Assembly (NCBI GenBank): GCA_965204755.1 | Contig: OZ242011.1 | Span: 1,728,001 to 1,792,000, forward strand | Direction: 5' to 3' | Origin: Candidatus Marinacidobacterium sp. | Lineage (GTDB): Bacteria > Acidobacteriota > Vicinamibacteria > Marinacidobacterales > Marinacidobacteraceae | Length of the DNA stretch: 64,000 nucleotides | Shown: positions 10,131 through 19,722 of the stretch, piece by piece | How the letters are laid out: each line of letters opens with the position of its first letter | Position numbering within the stretch: the stretch's first letter is position 1 | Notes under the pieces: generated by a model | The model's database searches: none | What the model saw: the letters and a program-made list of their open reading frames with translations, nothing else | What the model was told of the DNA's origin: nothing | Translations under genes and position numbers: made by a program

Positions 10131-11050
10131 CGGTAGTCCCCGTAGTCCACCGGCCCCGCCGGCCGGGGCGCCGCCGGGCGGAGCCGGGCGAGGGCTTCCG
10201 CGCCCAGCCGCTCCCGGTAGGCCGCCCGGTCCGGGAGCCCGAAGACCCATTCGTCCAGGTACCGGGCGAGGCGCTCCTCGGAGCGGCTCACCGCGTCCCA
10301 GGCCAGGTAGGCGGCGTTGTCCCGGTCGTAGTGGCCCTGGGCGAAACTCGGGTGGGCGGAGAACGGCTCTTCCACCACCGCGTCCACCGCGACGCCGGGA
10401 ATGCGGGTGCGGTCGGGGTCGGCGCGCGCGACGGCTTCGTCCACCACTTCCTCCACCACCACGATCACCCGCCGGGCGGCCAGGGCGGCTTCCCGCTGGG
10501 CGCCAACGATCCCCCAGATCTGGGTGTTGCCTTCCCGGTCGGCGCGCTGGGCGTTCACCACGGTCACATCCGGGCGGAGCGCCGCCACGGCGTCCAGCCG
10601 TTCGCCGGTGAACGGACAGGCCACCTCGCGGATCTCCGGGTTCACCCGCGGCAGGTCGGTGCCCCGGTAACCGCGCAGCGGGAAGAAGGGCAGCCCCGAC
10701 GCCCCGGCCAGGTAGCGGCAGAGGAGGCCGAAGTGGGAGTACTCCTCGATCTCGAGCGGCCCCGGCCGGCCGCGCTCCACCGCCCGCCGCACCGCGTGGA
10801 GCGAACCCACCCCGGGATTCCCCAGCCACCCGAAGATCAACTTCCGGGCGGTTCCCGCCGCCACCATCTGGTCCATGAGCAGGTCCGGCGTGAGCCGGAC
10901 CAGGGTCAGGTCCCGGCGCTCCTGCCGGATGATTTCGTGCCCGGCGGAGAAGGGGATCAGGTGGGTGAACCCTTCGAGCGCCACCGTGTCCCCGTCACGC
11001 ACGAACCGCCGGACGGCCTCGCCCAGCGGCATGACTTTCGTCTCGGACAC
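10127..11050 (-). CDS. CoA-transferase alpha subunit (glutaconate CoA-transferase A-like)
   Basis: EGFTHLIPFSAGHEIIRQ, GNPGVGSL, AGASGLPF, AQRADREGN, AHPSFAQGHYDRDN. Confidence 0.88.
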   Translation of the reverse strand: MSETKVMPLGEAVRRFVRDGDTVALEGFTHLIPFSAGHEIIRQERRDLTLVRLTPDLLMDQMVAAGTARKLIFGWLGNPGVGSLHAVRRAVERGRPGPLEIEEYSHFGLLCRYLAGASGLPFFPLRGYRGTDLPRVNPEIREVACPFTGERLDAVAALRPDVTVVNAQRADREGNTQIWGIVGAQREAALAARRVIVVVEEVVDEAVARADPDRTRIPGVAVDAVVEEPFSAHPSFAQGHYDRDNAAYLAWDAVSRSEERLARYLDEWVFGLPDRAAYRERLGAEALARLRPAAPRPAGPVDYGDYR

Positions 11051-11085
11051 GGGAACGGGAGGGGCGGGCGGCCGGCGCGCCGGGA

Positions 11086-12435
11086 TTATGCGCCCGCTCG
11101 GAGCGCGTCCACGGCGCGGGAGAGGCGGCGTCCGATCTCGGCGATTTCCCCTTCGGAGACGGTGAGCGGCGGCGCGAGCAGCGCCAGGTCCGCCCGCTCC
11201 GCTTCGTCCGCTCCCGGCGCTTCCGGGCCGGCGACCGGATAGACCAGCAGGCGCTCGTTCCGGGCGGCCTCGGCGAACCGGGCGGCGGTCACGCCTCCGG
11301 CGGCCGGGGGGAGGAGGCTGATCCCCGCGAGGAGTCCCGTCGCCCACACCGCCCCCACCGGCGGCCGGCCGCCGAGCGGCGCGATCTCGCGGGAGAGCGC
11401 CGGCCCGAGACCCGCCGCCCGCTCGACGAGGCCCTCCCGGCGGAGGAGCCGGAGCACCTCCCGCACCACCGCGGCGACCACCGGGTGGTGCGAGAAGGTG
11501 AACCCGTGGCGGAAGTCCGGGGCGACCGTCTCCACCACTTCCGCTTTCGCCACCACCGCTCCGCCGGGGAGATAGCCGGAGGTCAGGCCCTTCCCCAGCA
11601 CCACGAGATCCGCTTCCGCCCCGGAGTGCTCCGAGGCGAGGAACCGCCCGGTGCGCCCGCAGCCGGTGAGCACCTCGTCCGCGATCAGCAGCGCGCCCCT
11701 CTCGTCCGCCAAGCCCCGCATCCGGCGCAGGTAGTCCGGGGGAGGCGCGTAGCCGCCGGCGGAGGCGCCGAGGATCGGCTCCACCAGGAGCGCCGCCGCC
11801 CCGCCCTCCACCCGGTCGAGCCGGCGCGCCGCTTCGTCGGCGCAGGCGACTCCGCAGTCCGGGAACGCGAGGTCGAGCGGGCACCTCGGACACCACGGCG
11901 CGGGGACGAACGGGGCGGGCGCCAGCAGCGGCTCGTACGGGGCGCGGAGGCGCTCCCGGCCGGAGACCGAGAGAGCGCCCAAGGTGCTCCCGTGGTAGCC
12001 GGGGGTCTGGGCGACCACCGCGCTCCGCTCCGGGCGGCCGCGGGCGATCCAGTACGCCCGCGCCAGTTTCAGGGCGGTCTCCACCGCTTCCGCCCCGCCG
12101 GGCGTCAGATAGACCTTCGCGTCCCGGTACCCGGGCGGCATCTCGTCCAGCAGCGCCGCCGCCGCTTCCTCCATCGCGGCGGTGGAGAACTGCGCCCCGT
12201 GGACGAAGGCGGCGGCCTCCAACTGCCGGGCGGCGGCGCGGGCCACCTCGCGCCGCCCGTGCCCCACGGAGACCGCCAACGCGCCGCCGCAGGCGTCGAG
12301 CCACCGCTCCCCGTCCCCGGTCTCGATCCAGACCCCCTCCGCCCGTACCGCCCGCCGGTAGGCGCGGCGGAGATCCCGGTAGAAGACCGGACTCTCCGGG
12401 TAGCGGAGCGCCCCGCCGGCGCCTCCGGGCTTCAC
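11086..12435 (-). CDS. Class-III PLP-dependent aminotransferase
   Basis: WLDACGG..VSVGHG, GGAEAVETALKLAR, GYHGSTLGALS, LLIADEVLTGCGRTG, LGKGLTSGY, HGFTFSHHP. Confidence 0.88.
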   Translation of the reverse strand: MKPGGAGGALRYPESPVFYRDLRRAYRRAVRAEGVWIETGDGERWLDACGGALAVSVGHGRREVARAAARQLEAAAFVHGAQFSTAAMEEAAAALLDEMPPGYRDAKVYLTPGGAEAVETALKLARAYWIARGRPERSAVVAQTPGYHGSTLGALSVSGRERLRAPYEPLLAPAPFVPAPWCPRCPLDLAFPDCGVACADEAARRLDRVEGGAAALLVEPILGASAGGYAPPPDYLRRMRGLADERGALLIADEVLTGCGRTGRFLASEHSGAEADLVVLGKGLTSGYLPGGAVVAKAEVVETVAPDFRHGFTFSHHPVVAAVVREVLRLLRREGLVERAAGLGPALSREIAPLGGRPPVGAVWATGLLAGISLLPPAAGGVTAARFAEAARNERLLVYPVAGPEAPGADEAERADLALLAPPLTVSEGEIAEIGRRLSRAVDALRAGA

Positions 12436-13139
12436 CCCGACCCGGCGCGCGCGAGGTCGGCGGGGGCCTCGGCGCGGCCCGACGGGAGCGGCAACGCCGC
12501 CGGGAGGTCGGCGATCCGGGCCAGCAGCAGGTCGGGCCCGGCCTCCCGCAACATCGCTTCGCTGCTGAACTCGCTGGGCGCCGCCGCCGTCCGCGTCCCG
12601 GCGCGCCGACCCATCGCCACATCCTCCGGCCGGTCGCCGACGAAGAGCGTCTCCTCCGGCGCGGCCCCGAGCGCCGAGAGCGCCTTCAACAGCCCCTCCG
12701 GGTGGGGCTTCCGCCTCCGGCAGTCCTCGAACGCCACGACCGCGGCGAACCGCCGCCGGAGCCCCAGCCGGTCGAGGTCGTCCTCGAGCCGGGCGCGCTC
12801 GGCGGTGGTGACCACCCCGAACCGCATCCCGGCGGCGGCGAGCGCGTCCAACACGGAGACGGCGCCGGGGAGCAGCCGGTTCCCCGCGCTCCGGGCGCGG
12901 AATTCCGAGTTCCAGAGTTCGCCCGCTTCCCCCCACCGGGCCTCCGGAATCCCCAGTTCGCGGTAGGTCACCTGCCAGTCCGGGCGGTAGGTCTTCCGGT
13001 ATTCCTCGTCGTCGAGGACGATCCCGAAATGACGGAACACCGAGAGCGAAGCCGCCCGCGTCGCCTCGAAACTGTCCAGCAGCGTGCCGTCCCAGTCGAA
13101 CACCACCGTCGTCGGCGACCAGGAACCCGCGGGCGGCAT
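12432..13139 (-). CDS. HAD-family hydrolase (phosphoglycolate phosphatase-like)
   Basis: VVFDWDGTLLDS, GVVTT, KPHPEG, FVGDRPEDVAMG. Confidence 0.85.
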   Translation of the reverse strand: MPPAGSWSPTTVVFDWDGTLLDSFEATRAASLSVFRHFGIVLDDEEYRKTYRPDWQVTYRELGIPEARWGEAGELWNSEFRARSAGNRLLPGAVSVLDALAAAGMRFGVVTTAERARLEDDLDRLGLRRRFAAVVAFEDCRRRKPHPEGLLKALSALGAAPEETLFVGDRPEDVAMGRRAGTRTAAAPSEFSSEAMLREAGPDLLLARIADLPAALPLPSGRAEAPADLARAGSG

Positions 13140-13306
13140 CGGGAGGAGTTCGGGTTCCGGTTTCGCGGGCGCGGCGGGCAGCGCCGCGGGCAAGCGTACC
13201 GAACCCCCGACCGCGTTCCGCGCCCTCCCGAGGACGCCGCCGAAGCGGCGAAAACGACTCCCGATCCGACCGTTCGGAAGGGCCGGAGGCGGAATAGACT
13301 TCGCCG

Positions 13307-13840
13307 ATGATCGCCTGCCGCTCCTCCCTCCTCGAGACGGGCATTCCGGAAATCGGGCCCCTCGAACTGCTCTCCTCGGAAGTCGGGCTGGCGGCGATCC
13401 TGTTCTGCGGCGAGCGCCGCTCCCCGGCGGCCTCCCGCTGGCGCGCCCGCGAAGTCGGCCCGGTGACCCCGGCGGCCCCCGGAGAGCACGATCGCTGCGC
13501 CGCCCAGGTCCGGGAGTACCTGGCCGGAGACCGGATCGCCTTCGACCTCCCGCTCCACCGGACCGGCACGCCCTTCCAGCGCGCGGTGCTCGACGCGGTG
13601 AGCCGCGTCCCCTACGGCGCGACCGCGACCTACGGGGAGATCGCCGCCGCGGTCGGGAACCCGGCGGCCGTCCGCGCCGTGGGAGCGGCCAACGGCTCGA
13701 ACCCTTTGCCGCTCGTCCTCCCCTGCCACCGGATCGTGGGGACCGCCGCGAAGTTGACCGGCTACGGCGGCGGCCTCGACGCGAAGCGCTGGCTCCTCTC
13801 GCGGGAAGCCGCTCCCGCGCGCCTGGCGCTCGCTTCGTGA
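13307..13840 (+). CDS. ogt: Methylated-DNA--protein-cysteine methyltransferase
   Basis: GTPFQRAV, VPYGATATYGEIA, RAVGAANGSNP, active site PCHRIV, TGYGGG. Confidence 0.9.
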   Translation: MIACRSSLLETGIPEIGPLELLSSEVGLAAILFCGERRSPAASRWRAREVGPVTPAAPGEHDRCAAQVREYLAGDRIAFDLPLHRTGTPFQRAVLDAVSRVPYGATATYGEIAAAVGNPAAVRAVGAANGSNPLPLVLPCHRIVGTAAKLTGYGGGLDAKRWLLSREAAPARLALAS

Positions 13841-14562
13841 CCGGCCGCGCCCTCACCCTCCTCGCTCTCGGCGCGCTCGCCGCCGGCGCCCTCCTCGGCT
13901 GCGGCGGCGGCGGAGGCGACGAGACTCCGGAACCGCCCGCCGCGGACTCGACCGCCGGCGAAGACGCCGCCCGCGAGGAGGCCCCCTCCATGACCGACAA
14001 CGCGACCGACGCCGGCGATTCCGAAACGGAAGACGCCGCCCCCGACATCGTGCCCGAAGGGCCGGTGGTCGCCTTCCGCACCACCCTCGGGGACTTCCGC
14101 ATCGAACTCTTCCACGACGACGCCCCGGAGACGGCGGAGAACTTCCTCCGCTATGTGGAGGACGGCTTCTACGACGGCACGATCTTCCACCGGGTCGTCC
14201 GCGGCTTCGTGGTCCAGGGCGGCGGCTTCACCGCCGAGATGGAAGAGAAGGAGACCCGGCCGCCGATCCCCAACGAGGCGCGGAACGGCCTCCTGAACAG
14301 CCGGGGAACGCTGGCCATGGCCCGCACCTCCGACCCCCACAGCGCCTCCGCCCAGTTCTTCGTGAACACCCGCGACAACGCGATGCTGGACCACACCGGC
14401 ACGACGGCGCGGGGCTGGGGTTACGCCGTCTTCGGCCGGGTGATCTCCGGAATGGAGACCGTGGACCGGATCGAGGCCGCCCCGGTGGTCAGCCGCGCCG
14501 GCCACAACGATGTCCCGGACACGCCGGTGGTCGTCGAGTCGGCCGCCGTCGTCTCCCGATAA
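13837..14562 (+). CDS. Cyclophilin-type peptidyl-prolyl isomerase, lipoprotein
   Basis: Lipobox LLGC; APETAENF, FYDGTIFHRVV, FVVQGGG, LAMARTSDPHSASAQFFVN, GYAVFGRV. Confidence 0.92.
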   Translation: MTGRALTLLALGALAAGALLGCGGGGGDETPEPPAADSTAGEDAAREEAPSMTDNATDAGDSETEDAAPDIVPEGPVVAFRTTLGDFRIELFHDDAPETAENFLRYVEDGFYDGTIFHRVVRGFVVQGGGFTAEMEEKETRPPIPNEARNGLLNSRGTLAMARTSDPHSASAQFFVNTRDNAMLDHTGTTARGWGYAVFGRVISGMETVDRIEAAPVVSRAGHNDVPDTPVVVESAAVVSR

Positions 14563-14593
14563 CCCGCGGCGCCGCCCGCCGCCGGGCCGCGGT

Positions 14594-15322
14594 TCACTCC
14601 GGCCCGCAGACCGCGATCAGCACTTCCGGCAGGCCGGCGGCCCCGTCGAGCGGGTAGGGGGCGTGCCGGTCGGGGCCTTCGAGCGGCAGCAGCAGCAGGT
14701 TCCGCAGGCGATGGAGCAGCCGGGCCGCGCCCGGCGACCGGCGGGCCGCGGCGGCCAGCCGCCGGAAGTGCCCCGGCGGGCAGGGCGTCTGGCCGAACCA
14801 GGCGAGGGCCCCGAAGTCGGCGCGGAGCAGGGCCTCGAACTCGGCGAAGGCGTACTCCCGCACATGGAACGGGTTGTCCGGCCGGTCGGCGAGCGCCTTG
14901 CCGGGACTCACCACCCGGCGTTCGGGCGTGGAGCAGAGGAAGACCCCGCCCGGCGCCAGCACCCGCCGCGCCTCCCGGACGACGGCGCGGTCGTCCTCCA
15001 CATGCTCGATGGTCTCGAACGACACATAGAGGTCGAAACTGTCGGCGGCGAAGGGCAGCCGGGCGGCGTCGGCGAGCGTGCCGGTCAGCCGTCCGGCCCC
15101 GGATCCGGGAAGCGCGGCCTCCCGGAACGCCTCCTCCGAGCAGTCCGCGGACACCACCGGCCGCCCCCCGGCCCGCGCCAGCAACCCGGAGCCGTAGCCC
15201 GCGCCCGAAGCCAGGTCCAGCACCCGCTTCCCCTCCGCCATCCCGGCCGCCCAGCGGTACCGGGCGAGGTGCTGCCGCCGCAGCCACGGCGAAGCGAACC
15301 GGTGGAGGGCCAGGCGTTCCAT
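14594..15322 (-). CDS. Class I SAM-dependent methyltransferase (type 11)
   Basis: HLARYRWA, VLDLASGAGYGS, FDLYVSFETIEHV, NPFHVREY. Confidence 0.85.
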   Translation of the reverse strand: MERLALHRFASPWLRRQHLARYRWAAGMAEGKRVLDLASGAGYGSGLLARAGGRPVVSADCSEEAFREAALPGSGAGRLTGTLADAARLPFAADSFDLYVSFETIEHVEDDRAVVREARRVLAPGGVFLCSTPERRVVSPGKALADRPDNPFHVREYAFAEFEALLRADFGALAWFGQTPCPPGHFRRLAAAARRSPGAARLLHRLRNLLLLPLEGPDRHAPYPLDGAAGLPEVLIAVCGPE

Positions 15323-15465
15323 GCGAAGGCGGAATCGCGCCGCCCGCCGGCGGCGTCCGTCGGATATCTTGGCGGAAGGGCGGAAGGGGCTCGACTCGCC
15401 GGAGCGACCCCGACCCGCCGCCGCGCGCCGAACCGACCCGATATCCCGACTTACGCCGCCCGACG

Positions 15466-16248
15466 ATGACCGAACCGGCCGGCGGCGCCGGAACCCCGCC
15501 GGAGCCCCCGAACGGCCCGCCCCCGGGCATTTCCGCCTGTTTCCCGGCGTTCCACGACGCCGCTTCCATCGGCTGGGTGGCCCGCCGGGCCCGCGAGGCG
15601 CTGCTCGCCGCCGGAGGGGAATTCGAGATCCTGATCCTCGACGACGGCAGTCGGGACGAAACGCCGGCGGCGCTCGCGTCCCTCGAGTCCGAAATCCCGG
15701 AACTCCGACTGCTCCGGCACCCGGAGAACCGGGGCTACGGCGCCACCCTCCGCGACCTCTTCACCGCCGCCCGGCTGCCGCTCGTCTTCTACACCGACGG
15801 CGACGGGCAGTTCGACCCGGCGGAACTCGCCCGCCTGCTGGCCGTCCGGCGCCCGGAGACCGCCCTGGTGAACGGCTACCGGACGGAGCGCGCCTTCCCC
15901 CTGCTCCGCCGCCGGCTCGGCCCCCGGTTCCACCGGGTGGTGGCCGCCACTTTCGACCTGCCGCCGCTCCGGGACTGGGACTGCGACTTCCGGCTGTTCC
16001 GGCGCGACGCCGTCCCCCCGGAGACGATGACCTTCGCCGACGGCACCGCCGTCGTGGAATTCCTGGCCGCGTTCGCCCGCTCCGGGCTCCCCTTCGCCGA
16101 AGCGGAGGTGACCCACCGCGAGCGGCTGGGCGGAGAGAGCCAGTACTACCGCCCGGGGCCGGTGTTCGAGGGCCACCGGAACCTGCTGCGCCTCCGGCGC
16201 CGCCTCGGCGCCCCGCCGATCCGCTGGAGCGCCTGGCTCCGGGGCTGA
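15466..16248 (+). CDS. Glycosyltransferase family 2 (DPM synthase-like)
   Basis: FPAFHDA, ILDDGSRDET, HPENRGYGA, YTDGDGQFDP, DCDFRLFRR. Confidence 0.85.
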   Translation: MTEPAGGAGTPPEPPNGPPPGISACFPAFHDAASIGWVARRAREALLAAGGEFEILILDDGSRDETPAALASLESEIPELRLLRHPENRGYGATLRDLFTAARLPLVFYTDGDGQFDPAELARLLAVRRPETALVNGYRTERAFPLLRRRLGPRFHRVVAATFDLPPLRDWDCDFRLFRRDAVPPETMTFADGTAVVEFLAAFARSGLPFAEAEVTHRERLGGESQYYRPGPVFEGHRNLLRLRRRLGAPPIRWSAWLRG

Positions 16249-16291
16249 CCCGCCTCCGAAGTCCCTGCGCCGCCGGGCGGGATACCGGCGC

Positions 16292-17983
16292 CTACCGCCG
16301 GCGGTTCGCGACGCCGGCCCCCTGGCGAACGACCACCTCGCCGTCGCGCGCCGCCAGGTCGCCGATCTCTTCCCTCGCGCCGCCCGGCCAGACGACCTCC
16401 ACTTCCGACACCGTTCTTCCCTCCCCGGCCCCCAGCAGCGCGCGGGGATCGTTGGACGACAGGAAACTCCCCGACCGGCGCGCTTCCCGCCGCCGCCGGA
16501 CGCCGTCCTCCCCGGTGAAGAACACCACCGCGCCGGCCCCGTCGCGGGGGGAGGCGGTCCCCGCGAGCCGCAGCGCCACCGCCCGGCCGCCGCTCCGGTT
16601 GGCGTAGAGCGCCGCCCGGTCGTCCACATTGACGACCACCACTTCCGCCAGCCCGTCGCCGTCGAGGTCGCCGAAGGCGGCGCCCCGGCTCGAACGCTCC
16701 GGACTCTCCCAGGCGGTCTCGGCGAAGACCCCGCCGCCGGCGTTGCGGAAGACCTGGTTCGGCATGGCGTAGGCGGTTCCGCTGCCGGCCTCGGCGGCGT
16801 CGGGGTACACATGCCCGTTGGCGACGAACAGGTCCAGCCGCCCGTCCCCGTCGAGGTCGCTGAACCGGGTGCCCCAGCCCAGGTAGAACCAGCCCGGCGT
16901 CCGCAGGTCGTTCCGGGCGGTGCTGTCCTCGAAGAAGCCGCCGCCGGAGTTCCGGTAGGCGGTGTTCGTGTCGTGGGAGAAGTTGGTCACGAACAGGTCC
17001 GGCAACCCGTCCTCGTCGAAGTCGCCGGCGTCCACGCCCATCCCCGCCTGCGCCAGGCCGTCCATGTTGTAGGCCACTCCGGCGAACAACCCCCGCTCGC
17101 GGAACCGGCCGCCGCCCTCGTTGATCCAGAGGTGGTTGGGAACGGAGTCGTTCGCGACATAGAGGTCGGTGTCCCCGTCCCCGTCGAGGTCCGACGCGAC
17201 CACCCCCAACCCGTACCCCGGTTCCGCATCCTCGAAACCGGCGGCTTCGGTGGCGTCCTCGAAGGCGCCGTCCCCCCGGTTCCGGTAGAAGGCGTCCGCC
17301 GCCGGGACCAGGCCGGACGGCCCGCAGAAGACCGGCAGGCCGAACCAGATGCAACTCGCTCCCGCGCCGGGAAGCGGCAGCGACTCGATGGAGTCGGCGG
17401 TGTAGCCGAGGACGAAGAGGTCGAGGTCGCCGTCGGCGTCGGCGTCGAAGAAGGCCGCCGAAGCGGAGAACCCCGGGTGCGGCGCGCCGCCCGCCGCCGG
17501 CAGCCGGAGGAAGGTGCCGTCGCCCCGGTTCCGGTAGAGCGCGTTCTCGCCGAGGTTGGTCACATAGAGGTCGGGCAGCCCGTCGTCGTCGAAGTCCGAG
17601 GCCGCCGCTCCGTACCCCCAGCCGGCATCCCCGACTCCCGCCGCCTCCGTCCGGTCGGTGAACCGGAGCCCGCCCTCGTTGCGGAACAACCGGTTCGGCC
17701 GGCCGGGGCCGGGGGCGCGGTCCCGCAGCGGGGCGCCGTTCACCAGGTAGAGGTCGAGGTCCCCGTCGGCGTCGTAGTCGAGCAGCGCCGCGCCGCTCCC
17801 GAGCGAGGAGACGATGAACCGCTTCTCCGGTTCGCCGCTCACATTCTCGTACCGCAGACCGCTCGCCTCCGTGACTTCTTCCAGCCGGATTTGCGGCGGC
17901 GCGGCGGCCGGGGCCGGGAGCGCGACGGCTGCGGCGAGGAGCGCCGGCGTCCCGAGCGGCGCTCGGCGGGGGCGGTGTCTCAA
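16292..17983 (-). CDS. CRTAC1-family protein (FG-GAP/VCBS repeats plus ASPIC-UnbV domain), secreted
   Basis: Repeated DxDxDGxxDL motifs (DYDADGDLDL, DFDDDGLPDL, DLDGDGDTDL), C-terminal SGSFLSSND...VVWPGG. Confidence 0.88.
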   Translation of the reverse strand: MRHRPRRAPLGTPALLAAAVALPAPAAAPPQIRLEEVTEASGLRYENVSGEPEKRFIVSSLGSGAALLDYDADGDLDLYLVNGAPLRDRAPGPGRPNRLFRNEGGLRFTDRTEAAGVGDAGWGYGAAASDFDDDGLPDLYVTNLGENALYRNRGDGTFLRLPAAGGAPHPGFSASAAFFDADADGDLDLFVLGYTADSIESLPLPGAGASCIWFGLPVFCGPSGLVPAADAFYRNRGDGAFEDATEAAGFEDAEPGYGLGVVASDLDGDGDTDLYVANDSVPNHLWINEGGGRFRERGLFAGVAYNMDGLAQAGMGVDAGDFDEDGLPDLFVTNFSHDTNTAYRNSGGGFFEDSTARNDLRTPGWFYLGWGTRFSDLDGDGRLDLFVANGHVYPDAAEAGSGTAYAMPNQVFRNAGGGVFAETAWESPERSSRGAAFGDLDGDGLAEVVVVNVDDRAALYANRSGGRAVALRLAGTASPRDGAGAVVFFTGEDGVRRRREARRSGSFLSSNDPRALLGAGEGRTVSEVEVVWPGGAREEIGDLAARDGEVVVRQGAGVANRRR

Positions 17984-19572
17984 CGCTCGCGCGCGAACCG
18001 CTCCGCTGCGGCGCGGAGGTCCTCGCGGTCCGGCCAGTCGGCCAGCGCCCGCTCGATCACTTCCCGCGCCGCGGCGTCCTCCCCGAGCGCCTCCAGCGCC
18101 TCCGCGTAGAGCAGGTGGTGGAGCGGCTCCGCCGGGGCGAGCGTGAGCAGCCGCTCGGACTCCGCGGCGGCGAGGTCGGCCGCCCCGTTCCCGATCAAGT
18201 GGGCGATGAGCGCCCGCTTGGGCGCACCCTCCCCCGGCCGGGCGACGATCGCCGTCTTGAGTTCGTTCGTCCGGTCGGAGACGCCCTTCAACTCGGCGAA
18301 CCGCTCCAGGCGCTTCCGGCCGGCGGCGGATTCCTCCGGGACTTCGCTGCGGGCGAGCAGGTTCCCCAGGTGGAGATGCGGCTCGGGAACGAGCGGCGCC
18401 GCCGCGGCGGCCTCGCGGAATTCGGCGAGCGCCGCCTCCCGCTCTCCGGTCCGGGCGAGCGCCAGGCCGAGGATGACGCGCGCGTTCGCCTGCTGTTCGC
18501 GGGTCTCCGGGTTTCCGGGCGGGTAGTCGTCGGCGTTCGCGGCCTCCCCCGGGGCGGGCAGCGCCGGCCGCAGCACGGGGATCGCCTCGGCGCTGCGCCC
18601 GGTCTCGTGGAGCAGCGCGCCGAGCCGGAACCGCGCCCGCCGGTGCTGCGGATCGAGCCGCAGCGTCTCCCGGTAGCGCGCCTCGGCGTCGGCGTCCTCC
18701 CGCAGGTAGTGCAGGACATCCCCGCTGCGGAAGTGCGCCTCCGCGTTCTCCGGGGCGGCGTCCGCGGCCCGCTCGCAGGCGGCCTGCGCCGCTTCGAGCC
18801 GCTCCTCGCGCGAGCGGAGGAGGCAGATCTCGAGCAGCGCGCCCGGATCGCCCGGCCGGAGCGCCAGCGCCGCCTCGAGCCGCCGGCCGGCTTCCCCGAA
18901 ACTCCCCAGCCGGGAGTGGAGCGCCCCCAGGTGGTGCTGCGCCTCGAAGGAGCCGGGATCCGACTGCGCCGCGGCGGTCAGCGCGGAAAGTCCTTCGGCG
19001 CCCCGGCCCTGCTGGACGAGCAGGACTCCGAGCGGGGCGAGCACTTCCGCCCGGCCCGGATGCTCGGCGCGCAGGGCTTCCAGTTCCCGGACCGCCTCGC
19101 CGCCCCGTCCCCGCGCGGCCAGCACCAGGGCCAGGTCGCGCCGCGCTTCAGGGTGCGCCGGATCCCGGTCGAGCGCCCCCCGCAGCGCCGCTTCCGCGCC
19201 GTCCAACTCGCCCAGTTCGCGGAGCGCCGTGGCCCGGAGGAAGAGCCCGTTCGGGTTCGCCGGCGTCAGCGCGGCGAGCGCCGCGCCGAGGTCCGCGGCT
19301 TCGGCGAAGGCCCCGAGGCGCAGCCGCGCCACCGCGAGCATCCAGAGCGGCGCCGGGTCGTCCGGTCGGGCGCGGCGCACTTCCTCCAGGTGTTCCGCCG
19401 CCTCCCCGATCCTCCCGTCCTCGACCAGTCGGCGCGCCTCGGCGAGGTCCGGCGGCTGCCCGGGCTCGGCCGTCGCGGGAAGTCCGACGAGCAGCGCGCC
19501 CAGGACCAGGCCGGGCAGCGGGGAGGGGGCCGGCCGCCGGGCGTCGCGGCGCGGCGTCGGGGCGGGGGGCAT
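17980..19572 (-). CDS. Tetratricopeptide-repeat protein, secreted
   Basis: Signal peptide followed by multiple TPR helices (EAQHHLGAL, EAHFRSGDVL, ARFRLGALL); overlaps CRTAC1 start. Confidence 0.85.
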   Translation of the reverse strand: MPPAPTPRRDARRPAPSPLPGLVLGALLVGLPATAEPGQPPDLAEARRLVEDGRIGEAAEHLEEVRRARPDDPAPLWMLAVARLRLGAFAEAADLGAALAALTPANPNGLFLRATALRELGELDGAEAALRGALDRDPAHPEARRDLALVLAARGRGGEAVRELEALRAEHPGRAEVLAPLGVLLVQQGRGAEGLSALTAAAQSDPGSFEAQHHLGALHSRLGSFGEAGRRLEAALALRPGDPGALLEICLLRSREERLEAAQAACERAADAAPENAEAHFRSGDVLHYLREDADAEARYRETLRLDPQHRRARFRLGALLHETGRSAEAIPVLRPALPAPGEAANADDYPPGNPETREQQANARVILGLALARTGEREAALAEFREAAAAAPLVPEPHLHLGNLLARSEVPEESAAGRKRLERFAELKGVSDRTNELKTAIVARPGEGAPKRALIAHLIGNGAADLAAAESERLLTLAPAEPLHHLLYAEALEALGEDAAAREVIERALADWPDREDLRAAAERFARER

Positions 19573-19722
19573 CGGGGTGAGGGGATGGGGGAAGGGATCG
19601 GGCGTATTGTCCGAAATCCGCCGCCGCTCCGCCGGGGAAGGGGGGCGGGAAGGGAGGGGGCCGACCGATGGCGCCCGGGGTTTTGCGCGCCTGTTTCCCG
19701 GCGATTACGATCCTGCCGAACG